From contig CAVQJV010000036.1 of NCBI GenBank assembly GCA_963712805.1, positions 111,219 to 175,218 on the forward strand: a stretch of DNA of 64,000 bases. Direction: 5' to 3'. Within the stretch, counting starts at the first letter, position 1. Every line of letters begins with the position of its first letter. A program made the translations under genes and the position numbers. Origin of the DNA: an uncultured Acidobacteriota bacterium (GTDB taxonomy: Bacteria > Acidobacteriota > Thermoanaerobaculia > Thermoanaerobaculales > Sulfomarinibacteraceae). Below, piece by piece: positions 11,188 to 24,521 of this stretch. The notes under the pieces are model-generated. The model saw nothing but the letters and a program-made list of their open reading frames with translations. It made no database searches and was not told the origin of the DNA.

Positions 11188-12978
11188 TTACCTCTCCTGG
11201 TCCCGGTCGGGTGCCGGGCCGACATGCTCTCCGAGGGCCGCCGACAGGATGGTCGAAGCGGTCGGCGCTGCGATGCTCCCGCCTCCCCCGCCGTGCTCGA
11301 CGACCACGGCGACGACGATCTGCGGATCATCGATGGGCGCCCAACCGACGAACCAGGCGTGGTGCTGGAGGTGCGGCGCCAAATCCTTCGAATCCACTCC
11401 CTCCTGGAGGCGGGCCACCTGCGCGGTTCCGGTCTTTCCAGCCACCGGGAGCGCCGCCAATGATCGAGCCGTTCCCTGGTCGCCGTGGACCACCAGCTCG
11501 AGGCCGCGCTTGACCAGCTCGAGCTGTGACGGGTCCAGGTTGAGATCGACGGGTACGGAGCCCTCCGGGTTCACCACGACATGCGGGGTGACCAACCGGC
11601 CGCCGTTGGCGAGCGCCGAGAATCCCCGGGCCAACTGGATGGCGGTCGCGAGAACCGGGCCCTGACCGATGGACACCGACACCGCCTCGCCTGGATACCA
11701 CGGCGTGCCCCGTACGCGACGGCTCCACTCGGGACTCCCGATGAGACCCGACACCTCCGACGGCAGACCGATCCCGGTACGACGACCGAAACCGAAGATC
11801 TGAAGCCACCCGGCCATCCGGTCGATTCCCAGCCGCTGACCGAGTTGGTAGTAGTAGACGTCGCACGATGCCTCGAGGGATCGCAAGAGGTTGACCTTGC
11901 CATGGCCGCCCCGGCGCCAACACCGGAACCGGTGGCCATAGAGAGTCACCCCCCCGGTGCACTGAACCGTCCAGTCGGGAGTGACGACACCTTCCGTCAG
12001 CGCGGCGAGTGCGAGAAAGGGTTTGATGGTGGAACCAGGTGGGTAGGTTCCCTGCAGACACCGATCCTGAAGCGGAAGACGCGGGTCCTCGGCGAGCTCC
12101 TTCCAGTCCTCGGTCGAGAGTTTTCCCGAGAACAGCTCGGGGTTGAAGGACGGCGCCGAGTACAGTGCTCGAACGGCGCCGTTTTTCGGGTCGATGGCCG
12201 CGACTGCCCCGCCCCGATCGCCGAGCGCCTCGGCTGCGACCTGCTGGAGGTTGGCGTCGAGGGTGACAGCGAGGTCCTTTCCCGATGCCGAAGGACTCTC
12301 CCGTACCACCCCGAGTTGGCGGCCCACCGCTGAGACCACCACAAAGCGTTCACCGGCCCGACCGCTGAGAAAACCATCGGCGAGAGCCTCGATACCGATG
12401 GCGCCGACGCGGGAGTTCGGATCGAGCCCCGGGTTCGCCACCAACTCCTCCTCCGATACCATTCGCAGGTGTCCGACGGCGTGGGCGACGGCGGGACCGA
12501 AGGGGTAGTGCCGGCGAAAACCGGCGACGATGGAGAGTTCCGGATGATCGCTCTGATGGGCGCGCACCCGCGAGACCTGGTTCCAGTCCAGGTTTTCGCC
12601 CACGACCATCGGTGCGAGGCGATCGACTCTCCGTCTGTTGACCCGATCATAAAGAGGAGCCGCCTTGCCGACTCCGAGATCGGCGACGAAGAGCACGGTC
12701 TCATCGAGGTTTCGGGCCTCATCCGGGAAAAGAAGGAGATTCCAGGTCGGGAGGTTGTCGGCCAGGACCTGGCCGCGGCGGTCGTAGATTCGGCCCCGTA
12801 CCGCGGCCAGGGGAAGGCGGCGAAGACGATTGTTCTCGGCCATTTGCCGCCAATGGGCGCCCTCGATGAGCTGGAGTTGGGCCATGCGGAAATGAAGAGC
12901 GCCGAGGATGACGAAGATCAACAGCAGGAGCATCATGCCGCGTCGCCGAACCGGACCGAGATCTTCCCGAATCTCCAC
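11188..12978 (-). CDS. mrdA: Penicillin-binding protein 2 (elongasome transpeptidase)
   Basis: PBP dimerisation and transpeptidase motifs (STIKP, GKTGTAQ). The GTG at 12978 overlaps the mreD stop (TAGTG). The longer 688-aa ORF overlaps mreD out of frame. Confidence 0.9.
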   Translation of the reverse strand: MEIREDLGPVRRRGMMLLLLIFVILGALHFRMAQLQLIEGAHWRQMAENNRLRRLPLAAVRGRIYDRRGQVLADNLPTWNLLLFPDEARNLDETVLFVADLGVGKAAPLYDRVNRRRVDRLAPMVVGENLDWNQVSRVRAHQSDHPELSIVAGFRRHYPFGPAVAHAVGHLRMVSEEELVANPGLDPNSRVGAIGIEALADGFLSGRAGERFVVVSAVGRQLGVVRESPSASGKDLAVTLDANLQQVAAEALGDRGGAVAAIDPKNGAVRALYSAPSFNPELFSGKLSTEDWKELAEDPRLPLQDRCLQGTYPPGSTIKPFLALAALTEGVVTPDWTVQCTGGVTLYGHRFRCWRRGGHGKVNLLRSLEASCDVYYYQLGQRLGIDRMAGWLQIFGFGRRTGIGLPSEVSGLIGSPEWSRRVRGTPWYPGEAVSVSIGQGPVLATAIQLARGFSALANGGRLVTPHVVVNPEGSVPVDLNLDPSQLELVKRGLELVVHGDQGTARSLAALPVAGKTGTAQVARLQEGVDSKDLAPHLQHHAWFVGWAPIDDPQIVVAVVVEHGGGGGSIAAPTASTILSAALGEHVGPAPDRDQER

Positions 12979-13472
12979 TATCGGAGTTTCCTCGCCCGGT
13001 GCGTGATCCACCGCGTCGGCAGATCGAGGGCGATCATCCAACCGACCAGGCCGCACCACAACGAGGTGAGAACGACGCTCAGGAGAACATAGCTCCCGGT
13101 CAGTTCGGCGGCGAGCCCGAGGGGCATGAGAGCGACGTGCCGAACGACGATCATCAGACCGGCCCCGAGGGCGCCGAAGGCGACCCACGCTCTCGGTGAC
13201 CGGTCGGCGACCAGCGGCACGACAAAGCCGACGGCCACCGCCGAAGCACTCCACGCGATGGCGCCCGGACCGACGACCGGCTCGAGGACCAGATCCCAGG
13301 CGAGACCGAGGAGGAGGGCAGAATGGGGCCAGCGCCGATCCGCCATCAAGAGCGGCGGCCCGACGACGAAGACCATGGGCAAAAGGATGGCTGTCAACCA
13401 GGTCGGTGACTCCGGCAAACCCAAGGCGACCTGAGCGACGAGGGCGAAGGTGACGAGGATGGCCGCCTTCAC
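12978..13472 (-). CDS. mreD: Rod shape-determining protein MreD
   Basis: 164-aa polytopic membrane protein between mreC and mrdA. Overlaps the mreC stop by 4 nt. Confidence 0.8.
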   Translation of the reverse strand: MKAAILVTFALVAQVALGLPESPTWLTAILLPMVFVVGPPLLMADRRWPHSALLLGLAWDLVLEPVVGPGAIAWSASAVAVGFVVPLVADRSPRAWVAFGALGAGLMIVVRHVALMPLGLAAELTGSYVLLSVVLTSLWCGLVGWMIALDLPTRWITHRARKLR

Positions 13473-14299
13473 GGTGCCATCTCTCTCGAGGAAGAAGGGA
13501 CCATCCAGCCGTCGAGTAGAAGAACGACCCGAACGGTGGCGAGGGCCGCAGCAGGTGCAGCGCGGACCTCCAAAAAGGCCTTGTCGCTCTCTCGGACGGA
13601 CGTGACCCTGCCCACCGCGAGTCCTGGCGGATAGATCCCGTCAGCGCCGCTGGTCACGAGTTCGTCACCCCGCAAGAGTTGAGCCTGGCGTGGGATGAAC
13701 TGGATTTCGAGTTCGCCGGTGTCGGCGCCGACGGCGAGGCCCTGGACCCGGCCGTCAGAGGTCTGGATGGCGACGGCTGCGACCGGGTGAGTGATGAGTT
13801 CGATCCAACATCGACGTCCCTCGGAACGGATGACTCGGCCGATGACACCGGTTGAGGCGACGGCGGGGGTGTCGGCGGGGATTCGGCGATTGAGAGAGAC
13901 CAGGGCGATCATGCGTCCTCGCGCCAGATCCCGGAAGGTCGTGCGAGCCGGAACCGCGGTGGCCGTGAGATTTGGGACCAAACCCGCCAGCGAGTTGAGT
14001 TCGAGGTGGGCCGCCATGTCCTCGGCCATGATCCGGTTGAGCGCCTTGGTCGTTTCGAGTTCGAGTTGAAGCTCCCGGTTCGTCACCAGCAGGGTTGCCG
14101 ATTCGGACACCCCTTTTATGGCATCGCCGACAAACGAGCCGATGGCCTCGCCGGTCCAAAGGACGGGCGAGATCGCCGCCCGCACCCAGACCGAGATCAC
14201 CCGTTCACCGTCGGGTGTCTGGACCTGTGCCGCCGCGAGGATTTCGAGCAGAATCCACAGGAGCACGGTACGCAAAACGAGAATCCGCCGATCGGTCAC
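13469..14299 (-). CDS. mreC: Rod shape-determining protein MreC
   Basis: N-terminal TM, coiled coil (NRELQLELETTKALN) and beta-barrel region (GIYPPGLAVGRV). Position is between mreB and mreD. Confidence 0.9.
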   Translation of the reverse strand: MTDRRILVLRTVLLWILLEILAAAQVQTPDGERVISVWVRAAISPVLWTGEAIGSFVGDAIKGVSESATLLVTNRELQLELETTKALNRIMAEDMAAHLELNSLAGLVPNLTATAVPARTTFRDLARGRMIALVSLNRRIPADTPAVASTGVIGRVIRSEGRRCWIELITHPVAAVAIQTSDGRVQGLAVGADTGELEIQFIPRQAQLLRGDELVTSGADGIYPPGLAVGRVTSVRESDKAFLEVRAAPAAALATVRVVLLLDGWMVPSSSREMAP

Positions 14300-14402
14300 G
14301 CGCGCAGACTCAACCTTTCAGCGCCGATGGGCGGCCGATCAGAAAATGTTGGCGATCCGGAGTTCTCGCCGTCGGGGGATAGAGGCGGTGAAAGCGTTCT
14401 GC

Positions 14403-15427
<1,025 letters not shown>

Positions 15428-15431
<4 letters not shown>

Positions 15432-16855
15432 TAAACCTCCACGAAGACCCGCTCATTTCGGCTGGTCTCGTTGCCTGCCGGATCGGTGGCCAGGACTTCG
15501 ATCATGTTCCACCCCTCGCGAGGGATCTCGATCATCTTTCGAAAATGACCGTCGGCGTCGGTCACGACCCGTTCGCCGTTGACGGTCACCGCGGCGCCGG
15601 ACTCGGTTCGGCCCTGGACGATAAACATGGCGCCGAGTTGCTGGGTCGGCATGAGAGTGAGTTGGGGCGCGATGCGGTCGGCGAGAATGGCGCGTTCGAG
15701 AGACGAGTAGATCCTCAAACGACGGACCTGGGACCACTCGCTCTCGACGTCGCTCTCACCCACCAGCGACGCTCGCCAGAAATACGTTCCGGGGGCGACA
15801 ATCTTCAAGCGGGCGCTGTCGGAGCGGATATCCCGGCTTTCGACCTCCATGGCTTCGTCGACAAACCGTCGCGAGCGGCTTACCTGGAGGTGGACTGCCT
15901 GGCCCTCGGCCCGGCCGCGCCACTCGAGGGCGACCACCTCATCCTTCTTCATGTCGATGCTGGCGTTGTTCTGGGGTGCGAGCAGAAGTGGGGGGTTCGG
16001 GATCGCTCTGGTCGATGACAGAACGCCGGCGTTGCTGGACTCCACCTGTTGGCGACTGGCGAGGACGACCTCGGCGCCATCGGCGCCACGAACCCGCGCG
16101 CCGCCGTCAAATGTGGCGATCCGGGTCGCGCCGTCGGGGCCGTCATCCACATCGACCTCGACCCGACTGTCGCTGGCGATTTCGGTCTCGGTGGTGTCGG
16201 TGGTGACCTTTGACGTCGAACCTGAGGTCATGACGTGGATTCGACCGATCCGCATCTTGACCGTCCCACTCGAGTTCTCGGATTCGGTGCGGTGTTGGAT
16301 TTCGAGCAACGAGTTCTGGGAGATCCGGTAGAGGCTCCCGTCGGTGAAGAGAATCTCCGCCGAGCCGTCCCGCCCGCTGCGGATGAAGTCGCCGTTGAAA
16401 ACCGGAGTTCGTGGTTGCGCGTTATCCCACTCCGACTGACCCGCCCGTTGGAATTGAACACGCCCTTCGAGGCTGAAAAACTCACCGACTCCGGCGAGGT
16501 GGCGGGTGCCCGATCCGGCGAGGGCGAGAAAACGAAGCCGGGCGCTGTCGGCCTCGGACTCCGCCATCGACCAACGATCCTCGAGGTAGTTTTCACGGGC
16601 AAGCTCGAGTTGAGCCGAAGCTTGACCCAATTCCCGCCGGAGATTCTGCGGCAGAACCAGGGCTTCGGCCTTGGATTCGGCCAATTCGGCGGCTTCGATC
16701 GCCTTTCGAGCGAGCGCTTCGGGAGGAAGATTGAGGCGTTGGTATGCAAGGAAGACCAGACCGGCGGCAACAACTCCGGTAATCACGATGGCGAGGATCC
16801 GCCGAATGTTCGTGAGTTTGATGACATACCAGTCAATCTGGATCGAGCTTCGCAC
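15428..16855 (-). CDS. Membrane-anchored FecR-domain protein with Ig-like repeats, translationally coupled to mreB
   Basis: TM segment [19 protein letters not shown] and a FecR-like stretch ([32 protein letters not shown]). Its stop overlaps the mreB ATG (ATGA). Start is uncertain: I prefer the GTG at 16855 (GGAGGA 9 nt upstream) over the track start at 16918. Confidence 0.5.
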
Positions 16856-16983
16856 GCAGTTAATCCTCCATCTCGAACCGTAACATGCTCGTTCATAAGC
16901 AGCAAGGAGCCGCACCACCCTTGCGCCCTCATCGAAGCTCGGGTAGACTTCGCTGTCCTGATCGGGTCCTTGGGAGGACGTTC

Positions 16984-18939
16984 ATGGCTTTGAAATGGCT
17001 TCGTGACAATCTGCGCCACCTCAAGTTCATTCTTTGGGGCGTTGTCGCCGTATTCGTACTTTTGGTTTTTGTCGATTGGGGAGCCGGCGGATCCGGTGGC
17101 CCCGGTGGAACCGGCGACACCGCCGTTCGAGTTGGCGACACCGTCATCTCCAGAAACGAGTTTCTCGGTCAGATGCGCCGCTTCGAGCAGCAGTACTCGC
17201 AGCAGTTCGGCGACCGTTGGGATGAGATCAAGGGCCAGATCAATCTCTATGATGAAACCGTGGCTTATTTCACCAACCGGACGCTCCTCCTCGAGGAGGC
17301 TGACCGGACCGGCATCTCGGTTTCCGAACAGGAACTTCGAGATGACATTCTGAACACCGTGTTGTTCCAGGATGAGAACGGCGAGTTTGTCGGAGCAGAG
17401 ACCTATGAGCGGATTCTCCGCGGCTATCTGCAGATGACTCCGGCCGAGTTTGAACGCTCGCGCAAGAATGATCTGTCGCTCACCAAACTCACTTCGATGA
17501 TGCAACGCGGAGTCTACGTCGGGGACGACGAGGTCGAGCAGAGCATCCGGCGTGAGCGTGAACTTGCGGATTTCGACGCGATCATGCTGCCGTATGAGCG
17601 CTTCCTCAGTGAGGTCTCCATCAGCGAGGACGAGGCGAGAGCCCACTACGAGGCCACCACCGACGAATATCAGCGTGAAGAACAGCGGGTCATCCGTTAT
17701 CTCGTGGTCGAAACCTCCAGGCTTCGGCGGCAGCTTCCGGTGGATGACACGGAGCTTCAGGCGTACTACGACGACCATCTCGATGAATTCCTCGAGGACG
17801 AGCAGGCAAGGGCCGCTCATATTCTCATTCGCGTCGCGCCCGATGCCGATGTCGATACCCAGAACGACGCGGAGCTCCGCGCGAAAGGCGTCGCACAAAT
17901 CGCGCGCGCCGGCGGCGAATTCGCCGTTCTCGCCGAGAAGCACTCCGACGATCCCGGCTCAAAGGACAAAGGTGGAGATCTCGGCTGGTTCGGTCGCGGG
18001 CGAATGGTCCCCGAGTTTGACGAGGCGGTTTTCAGCGCCAAGCCCGGAGACATCGTCGGTCCGGTGAAGAGCCAGTTCGGTTACCACATCATCAAGGTCG
18101 ACGGATTCCGGCCGGAGAGCCAACGCCCGTTTGAAGACGTCGTGGAACAGGTTCGCTTCCGCGTCCTCGAGGGACGTGCCTCGATCGAGGCCGAGAAGCG
18201 TGCCCGAGAGCTCACGAGCCGTCTCCAGGGAAATCCTGCCGCGGACGAAGATGGATGGCAGCTCATCGCCGACGAGGACGAGGCAGTGGTGCTCAACGAG
18301 AGCCCGCCGACCGCCGCGAGTCAACCGATTCCGGGCACCGGCGAAGGCCCCGAGTTCACCACCGAGGTCTTTGGAGTGGATGTCGGCGCCGTCAGGGGTC
18401 CGCGGGCCATTCCGCGCGGCTGGATGGTATGGCAGCTCTCGGAGATCAGACCCGAAGGGTTGGCGCCGTTCGAAGATGTCCAACAACGGGTCGAGACGAG
18501 TCTGCGTCGGGAACGGGCCCTCGAAATTGCGACCCTGCGAGCCACCGAGGTGGCGACGCTGTGGCGGGACGGTGGCGACGCCGACACCCTCGCCGAGACT
18601 TTCAATGGCACCGTTGCCCAGGCGCGTGACCATCGATGGGGCACGCCCGTGGGCACCATCGGGTCAACTGCGGCCCTCGACGAAGCGGTCTTCGGGAGTG
18701 CTGAGGGCGGTATCGTCGGCCCGATCCGGATTGGTGACCGTGGATCAGCGGTGGCGCGGATCGAAACGCTCCGTCTCATCGGCCCCGCCGAGTTGACGAG
18801 CGAGCGTGACGCCGTCCGGGCCCGGCTGCTTGCCGAGCGCGCGCAGCAGTTGCTCATCGCCATCGTCAACGAACGGCGGCGAGATACCGTTGTCACGGCC
18901 GATGACGCCTTCCGGCAGGCGTTCAGTCGGCAAGGCTAG
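16984..18939 (+). CDS. Periplasmic chaperone / parvulin-type peptidyl-prolyl isomerase (PpiD-like)
   Basis: N-terminal anchor [29 protein letters not shown], a SurA-N-like region, and parvulin motif [27 protein letters not shown]. Confidence 0.8.
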   Translation: MALKWLRDNLRHLKFILWGVVAVFVLLVFVDWGAGGSGGPGGTGDTAVRVGDTVISRNEFLGQMRRFEQQYSQQFGDRWDEIKGQINLYDETVAYFTNRTLLLEEADRTGISVSEQELRDDILNTVLFQDENGEFVGAETYERILRGYLQMTPAEFERSRKNDLSLTKLTSMMQRGVYVGDDEVEQSIRRERELADFDAIMLPYERFLSEVSISEDEARAHYEATTDEYQREEQRVIRYLVVETSRLRRQLPVDDTELQAYYDDHLDEFLEDEQARAAHILIRVAPDADVDTQNDAELRAKGVAQIARAGGEFAVLAEKHSDDPGSKDKGGDLGWFGRGRMVPEFDEAVFSAKPGDIVGPVKSQFGYHIIKVDGFRPESQRPFEDVVEQVRFRVLEGRASIEAEKRARELTSRLQGNPAADEDGWQLIADEDEAVVLNESPPTAASQPIPGTGEGPEFTTEVFGVDVGAVRGPRAIPRGWMVWQLSEIRPEGLAPFEDVQQRVETSLRRERALEIATLRATEVATLWRDGGDADTLAETFNGTVAQARDHRWGTPVGTIGSTAALDEAVFGSAEGGIVGPIRIGDRGSAVARIETLRLIGPAELTSERDAVRARLLAERAQQLLIAIVNERRRDTVVTADDAFRQAFSRQG

Positions 18940-18957
18940 TTCGGCTCGGCGACCAAG

Positions 18958-19524
18958 ATGATCGGGCGACTCGAGGGCCGGATCCACCAGATCGATCCGG
19001 GTCGGGTCATCGTCGATGTCGGCGGCGTCGGGTATCTCGTCTCGACCACCCTGCGAGCGATCCAGAACCTCCCCGAGGGGCAGAGCGCCGTGCTGCTCAT
19101 TCACACCAGGGTCAAGGACGACGGTATCGAGCTCTACGGTTTTTCCGGCACCGATGAGCTCGAGGCCTTCGAGCGCCTCATCGCCGTCGCGGGAGTGGGA
19201 CCTCGGATCGCATTGGCGGTGCTGTCTTCGTTGGCGCCCGATGAACTCGCATCGGTGGTGGCCGGCGGCGATCTTGCACGGTTGACCATGACGCCGGGGG
19301 TTGGGAGGAAGACCGCGCAGCGGATCCTCCTCGAACTCAAGGGCAAGCTGAGTGCCACCGCGACCACGGGCGGCGATCTTCGGGGCGACGCCGCATCGGC
19401 GCTGGTCAACCTCGGTTACCGGCAGGCGCAGGCCATGCAGGCAGTCGAGGCCGTCATGGCCGACAACCCCTCAGGCGAGGTCGGCGAAGTCCTCCGTCTC
19501 GCCCTGCAGTACCTGACGAAGTAG
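18958..19524 (+). CDS. ruvA: Holliday junction DNA helicase RuvA
   Basis: MIGRLEGRI..VDVGGVGYLV, HhH region GVGPRIALAVLS and GVGRKTAQRILLELK. Confidence 0.95.
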   Translation: MIGRLEGRIHQIDPGRVIVDVGGVGYLVSTTLRAIQNLPEGQSAVLLIHTRVKDDGIELYGFSGTDELEAFERLIAVAGVGPRIALAVLSSLAPDELASVVAGGDLARLTMTPGVGRKTAQRILLELKGKLSATATTGGDLRGDAASALVNLGYRQAQAMQAVEAVMADNPSGEVGEVLRLALQYLTK

Positions 19525-19830
19525 CGTTTCGCGTTACATTCGATCCCGATCCCGATCCCGGACGACCCACCGCCGCCGGTCGGACCGGCGGCTCTTCGTC
19601 TTCGGTGCTCGGATCCGCTGAATGTCGGGAATTCACCGATCCCTGCGCGCCGAAGCCGAGCTGTGACTCCGTCACGGCCGCGGGTCTTTCGGCATCGCGG
19701 CCGGCGCAGAGGTCCCTCATGACCCGGATCTTCTCCCGCGGCCCGGCAGTGAGGTCCGTACCGAAAGACTCCATTGCGATGTCTTCGAGCCCTCCTTAGT
19801 GTCTTGGTGTCTTCGTGGTTGCAATGACAA

Positions 19831-19894
19831 GACCCCGAGACCCCAAGACCCCAAGACCCCAAGACCCCAGGACCCCAGGACCCCACGACCTCAA
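19831..19894 (+). repeat. 8-bp tandem repeat (GACCCCAA-like, 8 units) in the ruvA-ruvB spacer
   Basis: gaccccga gaccccaa x3 gaccccag x2 gaccccac gacctcaa. The unit length is not a multiple of 3. Confidence 0.9.
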
Positions 19895-19922
19895 CCCCCT
19901 CAATCTCGTGTACCCTCAATCC

Positions 19923-20951
19923 ATGACCAGTGAAGTTCTGGCTCCCGATCTCGGCCCGGGCGAAAAGCGCTTCGAGGAGACGCTGCGGCCGCGTCATCTC
20001 GAGGAGTTTATCGGCCAGGAGCGGCTCGTGACCAACCTCGGGGTTTTCATGAGCGCTGCTCGCGACCGCGGAGAGAGCCTCGATCATGTGTTGATTTTCG
20101 GGCCCCCGGGTCTCGGCAAGACCACCCTCGCCCACATCGTCGCCAACGAGATGGACGCGGAGATCCACGTGACCTCGGGTCCGGTGCTCGAGAGACCGGG
20201 CGACCTCGCGGCCATGCTGACCAATCTCCAGCCCGGTGATGTGCTCTTCGTCGACGAGATCCACCGGCTTCCCGCGGCCGTGGAGGAAATCCTCTACCCG
20301 GCAATGGAGGATTACGAGCTCGACATCATCATCGGCCAGGGGCCCGCCGCACGCAGCGTTCGGCTCACCCTCCCCCACTTCACCCTCGTCGGCGCCACGA
20401 CCCGGACCGGTCTGCTGACCGCGCCGCTGCGGGATCGCTTCGGCATCGTCCACCGGCTCGAGTTCTATCCGCCCGAAGAGCTTGCCGCCATCATCGAACG
20501 ATCGGCCCGGATCCTCGATATCGCCGTCGAGAACGAAGCCCGGGACGAGGTCGCGAAGAGGTCCCGCGGAACACCGAGAATCGCCAACCGCCTGTTGCGC
20601 CGCGTCCGGGACTTCGCACACCACCTCGGCAGTGATGGCGTGACCCTCGAGGCGGCCGATTTCGGGCTCGAACACATGGAGGTCGACGCCTTCGGTCTCG
20701 ATCACCTCGACCGCCAGCTCCTCACGACCATCATCGAAATCTATAATGGCGGACCGGTGGGTCTCAAGGCTCTCGCGGCATCGCTCGGGGAGGATCGGGG
20801 CACCCTCGAGGACATCAATGAGCCCTATCTCCTCCAGATCGGATTGCTCCAACGAACCCCACGCGGCCGGATGGTGACTCCGCGGGCCTACAGACACCTG
20901 GGGCTCGCGCCCCCGGCGGTCGGTGGGACCCTCTTCGAGGAGGCGGATTGA
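19923..20951 (+). CDS. ruvB: Holliday junction DNA helicase RuvB
   Basis: [15 protein letters not shown], Walker [22 protein letters not shown] chose the ATG at 19923. The 19815 extension would translate the 8-bp repeat, so I rejected it. Confidence 0.95.
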   Translation: MTSEVLAPDLGPGEKRFEETLRPRHLEEFIGQERLVTNLGVFMSAARDRGESLDHVLIFGPPGLGKTTLAHIVANEMDAEIHVTSGPVLERPGDLAAMLTNLQPGDVLFVDEIHRLPAAVEEILYPAMEDYELDIIIGQGPAARSVRLTLPHFTLVGATTRTGLLTAPLRDRFGIVHRLEFYPPEELAAIIERSARILDIAVENEARDEVAKRSRGTPRIANRLLRRVRDFAHHLGSDGVTLEAADFGLEHMEVDAFGLDHLDRQLLTTIIEIYNGGPVGLKALAASLGEDRGTLEDINEPYLLQIGLLQRTPRGRMVTPRAYRHLGLAPPAVGGTLFEEAD

Positions 20952-21880
20952 GGTCGATCCCGATCATCGTCAACCCGACCGCCGGCGGGGGCCGGCTTCT
21001 GCGATCGTTTACGGATCTCGACGCAGCCGGGCACCGATGCGGGGTCGAGCTCGATTGGCGCCACACCGAGCATCCCGGTCACGGCGCCGAACTCGCCCGT
21101 GAAGCGGCCGCCGCCGGTCATCCGTTGGTCCTCGCCTACGGCGGTGACGGCACCTACAACGAGGTTGCCCGCGGCCTGCTCGGAAGCGACACCGCCCTCG
21201 GCGTCCTGCCCGGCGGGACGACCTCGGTTCTCGCCTACGAGTTCGGAATTCCCCGACCGGCCACCCGCGCCCTCGAGGCGATCGTCCTCGGCCGCGACCG
21301 TGCCATGCGGGTCGGGCGGACCGACCGCGGTGAGCTCTTCTTGCTCATGCTGTCGTCGGGGCCCGATGTCGTCGTGCTCGAGCGCCTCGAGATGGGTCTC
21401 AAGAAGATCGGTCGGTCGGGGGTCGCCCTCCAGGCCGTTCGCGAACTCATCCGGTTCAAATCCATGCCCGCGTTCGAAGTTGTTGCCGGAGGCACGACCA
21501 CCACCGCAGGTTGGGCCATTGTCGGGACCAGCAGGTCGTATGCCGGACCGTACCACGCAACCCCCGGCGCCAATCCATTCACCCCAACCTTCGAAATCGT
21601 GGTCCAGCGAACCGTGGGGCGTCGATTTGCCGTGCCCTTCGCCCTCGGTATGCCTCTCGGCCGCCATGTGAGAAGGCGCGACGTCTGGCGTGCGATGGTC
21701 GACGAAGTCGAGCTCATCCCCAACGCTGGTGTGCCGATGAGGTATCAGATCGACGGCGATCTCGCCGGCGAGTTGCCGGTCAGGGCCGCCATCGATCCCG
21801 AGCTGCTCCTCGTGCGAATCCCCGGCGCCGCCCGTGATCCGGTGCTGGCGAGGAGGACCGCGTCTGCAACGGCGGGGTGA
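20948..21880 (+). CDS. Diacylglycerol/lipid kinase family protein (YegS/BmrU-like)
   Basis: [19 protein letters not shown] and [10 protein letters not shown] form the DAGK catalytic-domain signature. Overlaps the ruvB stop by 4 nt. Confidence 0.85.
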   Translation: MRSIPIIVNPTAGGGRLLRSFTDLDAAGHRCGVELDWRHTEHPGHGAELAREAAAAGHPLVLAYGGDGTYNEVARGLLGSDTALGVLPGGTTSVLAYEFGIPRPATRALEAIVLGRDRAMRVGRTDRGELFLLMLSSGPDVVVLERLEMGLKKIGRSGVALQAVRELIRFKSMPAFEVVAGGTTTTAGWAIVGTSRSYAGPYHATPGANPFTPTFEIVVQRTVGRRFAVPFALGMPLGRHVRRRDVWRAMVDEVELIPNAGVPMRYQIDGDLAGELPVRAAIDPELLLVRIPGAARDPVLARRTASATAG

Positions 21881-21960
21881 GCGCGGCTCGCTGCGACCAT
21901 CGCACCGAGAAACCCCGGATAGCGCAGATGGGCGCTGATACGTTGCGCCATCGCAGGGTC

Positions 21961-22048
21961 GCATCGCAAAGACCGCCAAGAGCATCCAACCCAAAGGGGC
22001 GCAAAGACATCGCATTATTGACCCATCGCAAGGCCTCTGCCTCTGCCA
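21961..22048 (+). repeat. Partial copy of the dispersed intergenic repeat family (tail motifs only)
   Basis: gcatcgcaaagaccgccaagagc and ggcgcaaagacatcgca match the tails of the copies at 46096-46235 and 49758-49890, followed by cctctgcctctg. Lies between convergent genes. Confidence 0.5.
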
Positions 22049-22070
22049 CGGAAACGGGCGCGGGCGGGGT

Positions 22071-23003
22071 CTACCCCAGACCCTCGAAGAGATCGGTGGA
22101 GATGTACCGTTCGGATGTCGAGGGCGCAATGAAGACGATGATCCTGTCGGCGAACTCCTTCCGGGCGGCGACCTCGAGAGCGGCTGCACACGCGGCGCCG
22201 GTGGAGATGCCGCCGAGGATGCCTTCTTCCCGAGCAAGACGGCGGGCGGTGGCGAACGCGGTGTCGTTGGAGACCTGAATGACCTCGTCTATGATCGAGG
22301 TATCGACGTTGTCCGGGATGAAACCGGCGCCGATTCCCTGGATGCGATGCGCACCCGGCTGGCCCCCGGAAAGGACCGGCGAATCCGTCGGTTCGACGGC
22401 GATAATGCGGGTCGCCGGCCGGCGCTTCTTCCAGACTCGGCCGACGCCGGTGATGGTGCCGCCGGTTCCGACACCGGCGATGAAAGCCGCCATCTGTCCG
22501 TCGGTGTCCTGCCACAGCTCCTGGGCGGTGGTGGCGCTGTGGATTTCGGGGTTGGCGGGGTTGGAAAACTGGCCCGGCATGACCGAGTCCGGAATTTCAC
22601 TCATGAGTTGCTCGGCCCGTGCGCTCGCGCCCTTCATACCGTCGGCGGCAGGGGTCAGAATGAGCTCGGCGCCAAGCAGGGCCAGCACCTGTCGGCGTTC
22701 TTTTGACATGGATTCGGGCATGGTGAGGACACAACGGTAGCCGCGAGCCGCGGCAACCATGGCGAGGGCGATTCCGGTATTGCCGGAGGTCGGCTCAATA
22801 ATGGTCGAGCGACCCGGAGTCAACTTGCCGTCGCGTTCGAGGGCATCGATCATGGCGACGCCGATCCGGTCCTTGACCGAGTGGGCAGGGTTGAAGAACT
22901 CGAGTTTGGCGATGACTCTTCCCGGAAGGTCGGCGGCGATCCGACCGAGCTCCACGAGCGGGGTGTTGCCGATCAACGAGGTGACATCGGTTGCGATCTT
23001 CAT
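22071..23003 (-). CDS. cysK: Cysteine synthase A (O-acetylserine sulfhydrylase)
   Basis: [12 protein letters not shown]-Lys motif [27 protein letters not shown]. Confidence 0.95.
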   Translation of the reverse strand: MKIATDVTSLIGNTPLVELGRIAADLPGRVIAKLEFFNPAHSVKDRIGVAMIDALERDGKLTPGRSTIIEPTSGNTGIALAMVAAARGYRCVLTMPESMSKERRQVLALLGAELILTPAADGMKGASARAEQLMSEIPDSVMPGQFSNPANPEIHSATTAQELWQDTDGQMAAFIAGVGTGGTITGVGRVWKKRRPATRIIAVEPTDSPVLSGGQPGAHRIQGIGAGFIPDNVDTSIIDEVIQVSNDTAFATARRLAREEGILGGISTGAACAAALEVAARKEFADRIIVFIAPSTSERYISTDLFEGLG

Positions 23004-23034
23004 AAACTCTCCCTATGGTCGACGTTTCGTGCCT

Positions 23035-23418
23035 TTAGATTGAATAGTCGGGTGTCGCGGGTATCTGGTCCCAGCGGGCCAGATCGGCAAGGCTGATGGT
23101 GGAGATGCTCTCGTTCACCGCGCGCTCGATCCTGTTCGCCAGGCGGTCGAGGGCGGGCGGTAGGGATGTCTCGGTACCCTGCGGGCGATAGACCTCCCCC
23201 ACCGAGATCGTGTCGGGTGCCTTGGCCAGGGTGACGCCGCCATTCGGGCCGCGCCGGCTGAGAACCCAGCCGGTCCGGGCGAGTTCGGCGAGCAGCCGCG
23301 AAAGATAGGCCGAAGGGATCCCGCGCCGTGAGGCGATTTCAGCCGTCGACCGGCCGTCGGGCCAGCTGTGGGCGAGCTCCACGAGGGCTTCGAGACGATA
23401 TTGCTCGGTTCGATTCAT
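23035..23418 (-). CDS. Rrf2 family transcriptional regulator (CymR/IscR-like)
   Basis: Winged-helix sequence (STAEIASRRGIPSAYLSRLLAELARTGWVLSRRGPNGGVTLAK). Lies directly upstream of cysK in the same orientation. An alternative ATG is at 23433. Confidence 0.85.
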   Translation of the reverse strand: MNRTEQYRLEALVELAHSWPDGRSTAEIASRRGIPSAYLSRLLAELARTGWVLSRRGPNGGVTLAKAPDTISVGEVYRPQGTETSLPPALDRLANRIERAVNESISTISLADLARWDQIPATPDYSI

Positions 23419-23526
23419 GATAAACATAATCATTAATATACTGAATAAAATTCCCGGGCGCTGACGACCCGCGCGAAACAAGGCCGAGATCGTGATTTCG
23501 GGTACAATGTCGGACCGGAGGAAGCA

Positions 23527-24517
<991 letters not shown>

Positions 24518-24521
24518 ATCC

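Noticed and set aside
19454-19774. Minus-strand 106-aa ORF inside the ruvA-ruvB spacer.
   Set aside because: It overlaps the ruvA 3' end, has no RBS or recognisable motif, and has a low-complexity composition. I could not support it as a gene.
19542-19894. Possible CRISPR array, suggested by short direct repeats (also 31300-31324 and 61021-61056).
   Set aside because: The repeats are 6-12 bp, strictly tandem and have no spacers. No cas genes are present. Two of the three sit inside coding sequence, encoding LDLD and PTET repeats.
19815-19922. N-terminal extension of RuvB ([23 protein letters not shown]...).
   Set aside because: It is the translation of an 8-bp tandem repeat, whose unit is not a multiple of 3. 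RuvB homology starts only after the ATG at 19923.
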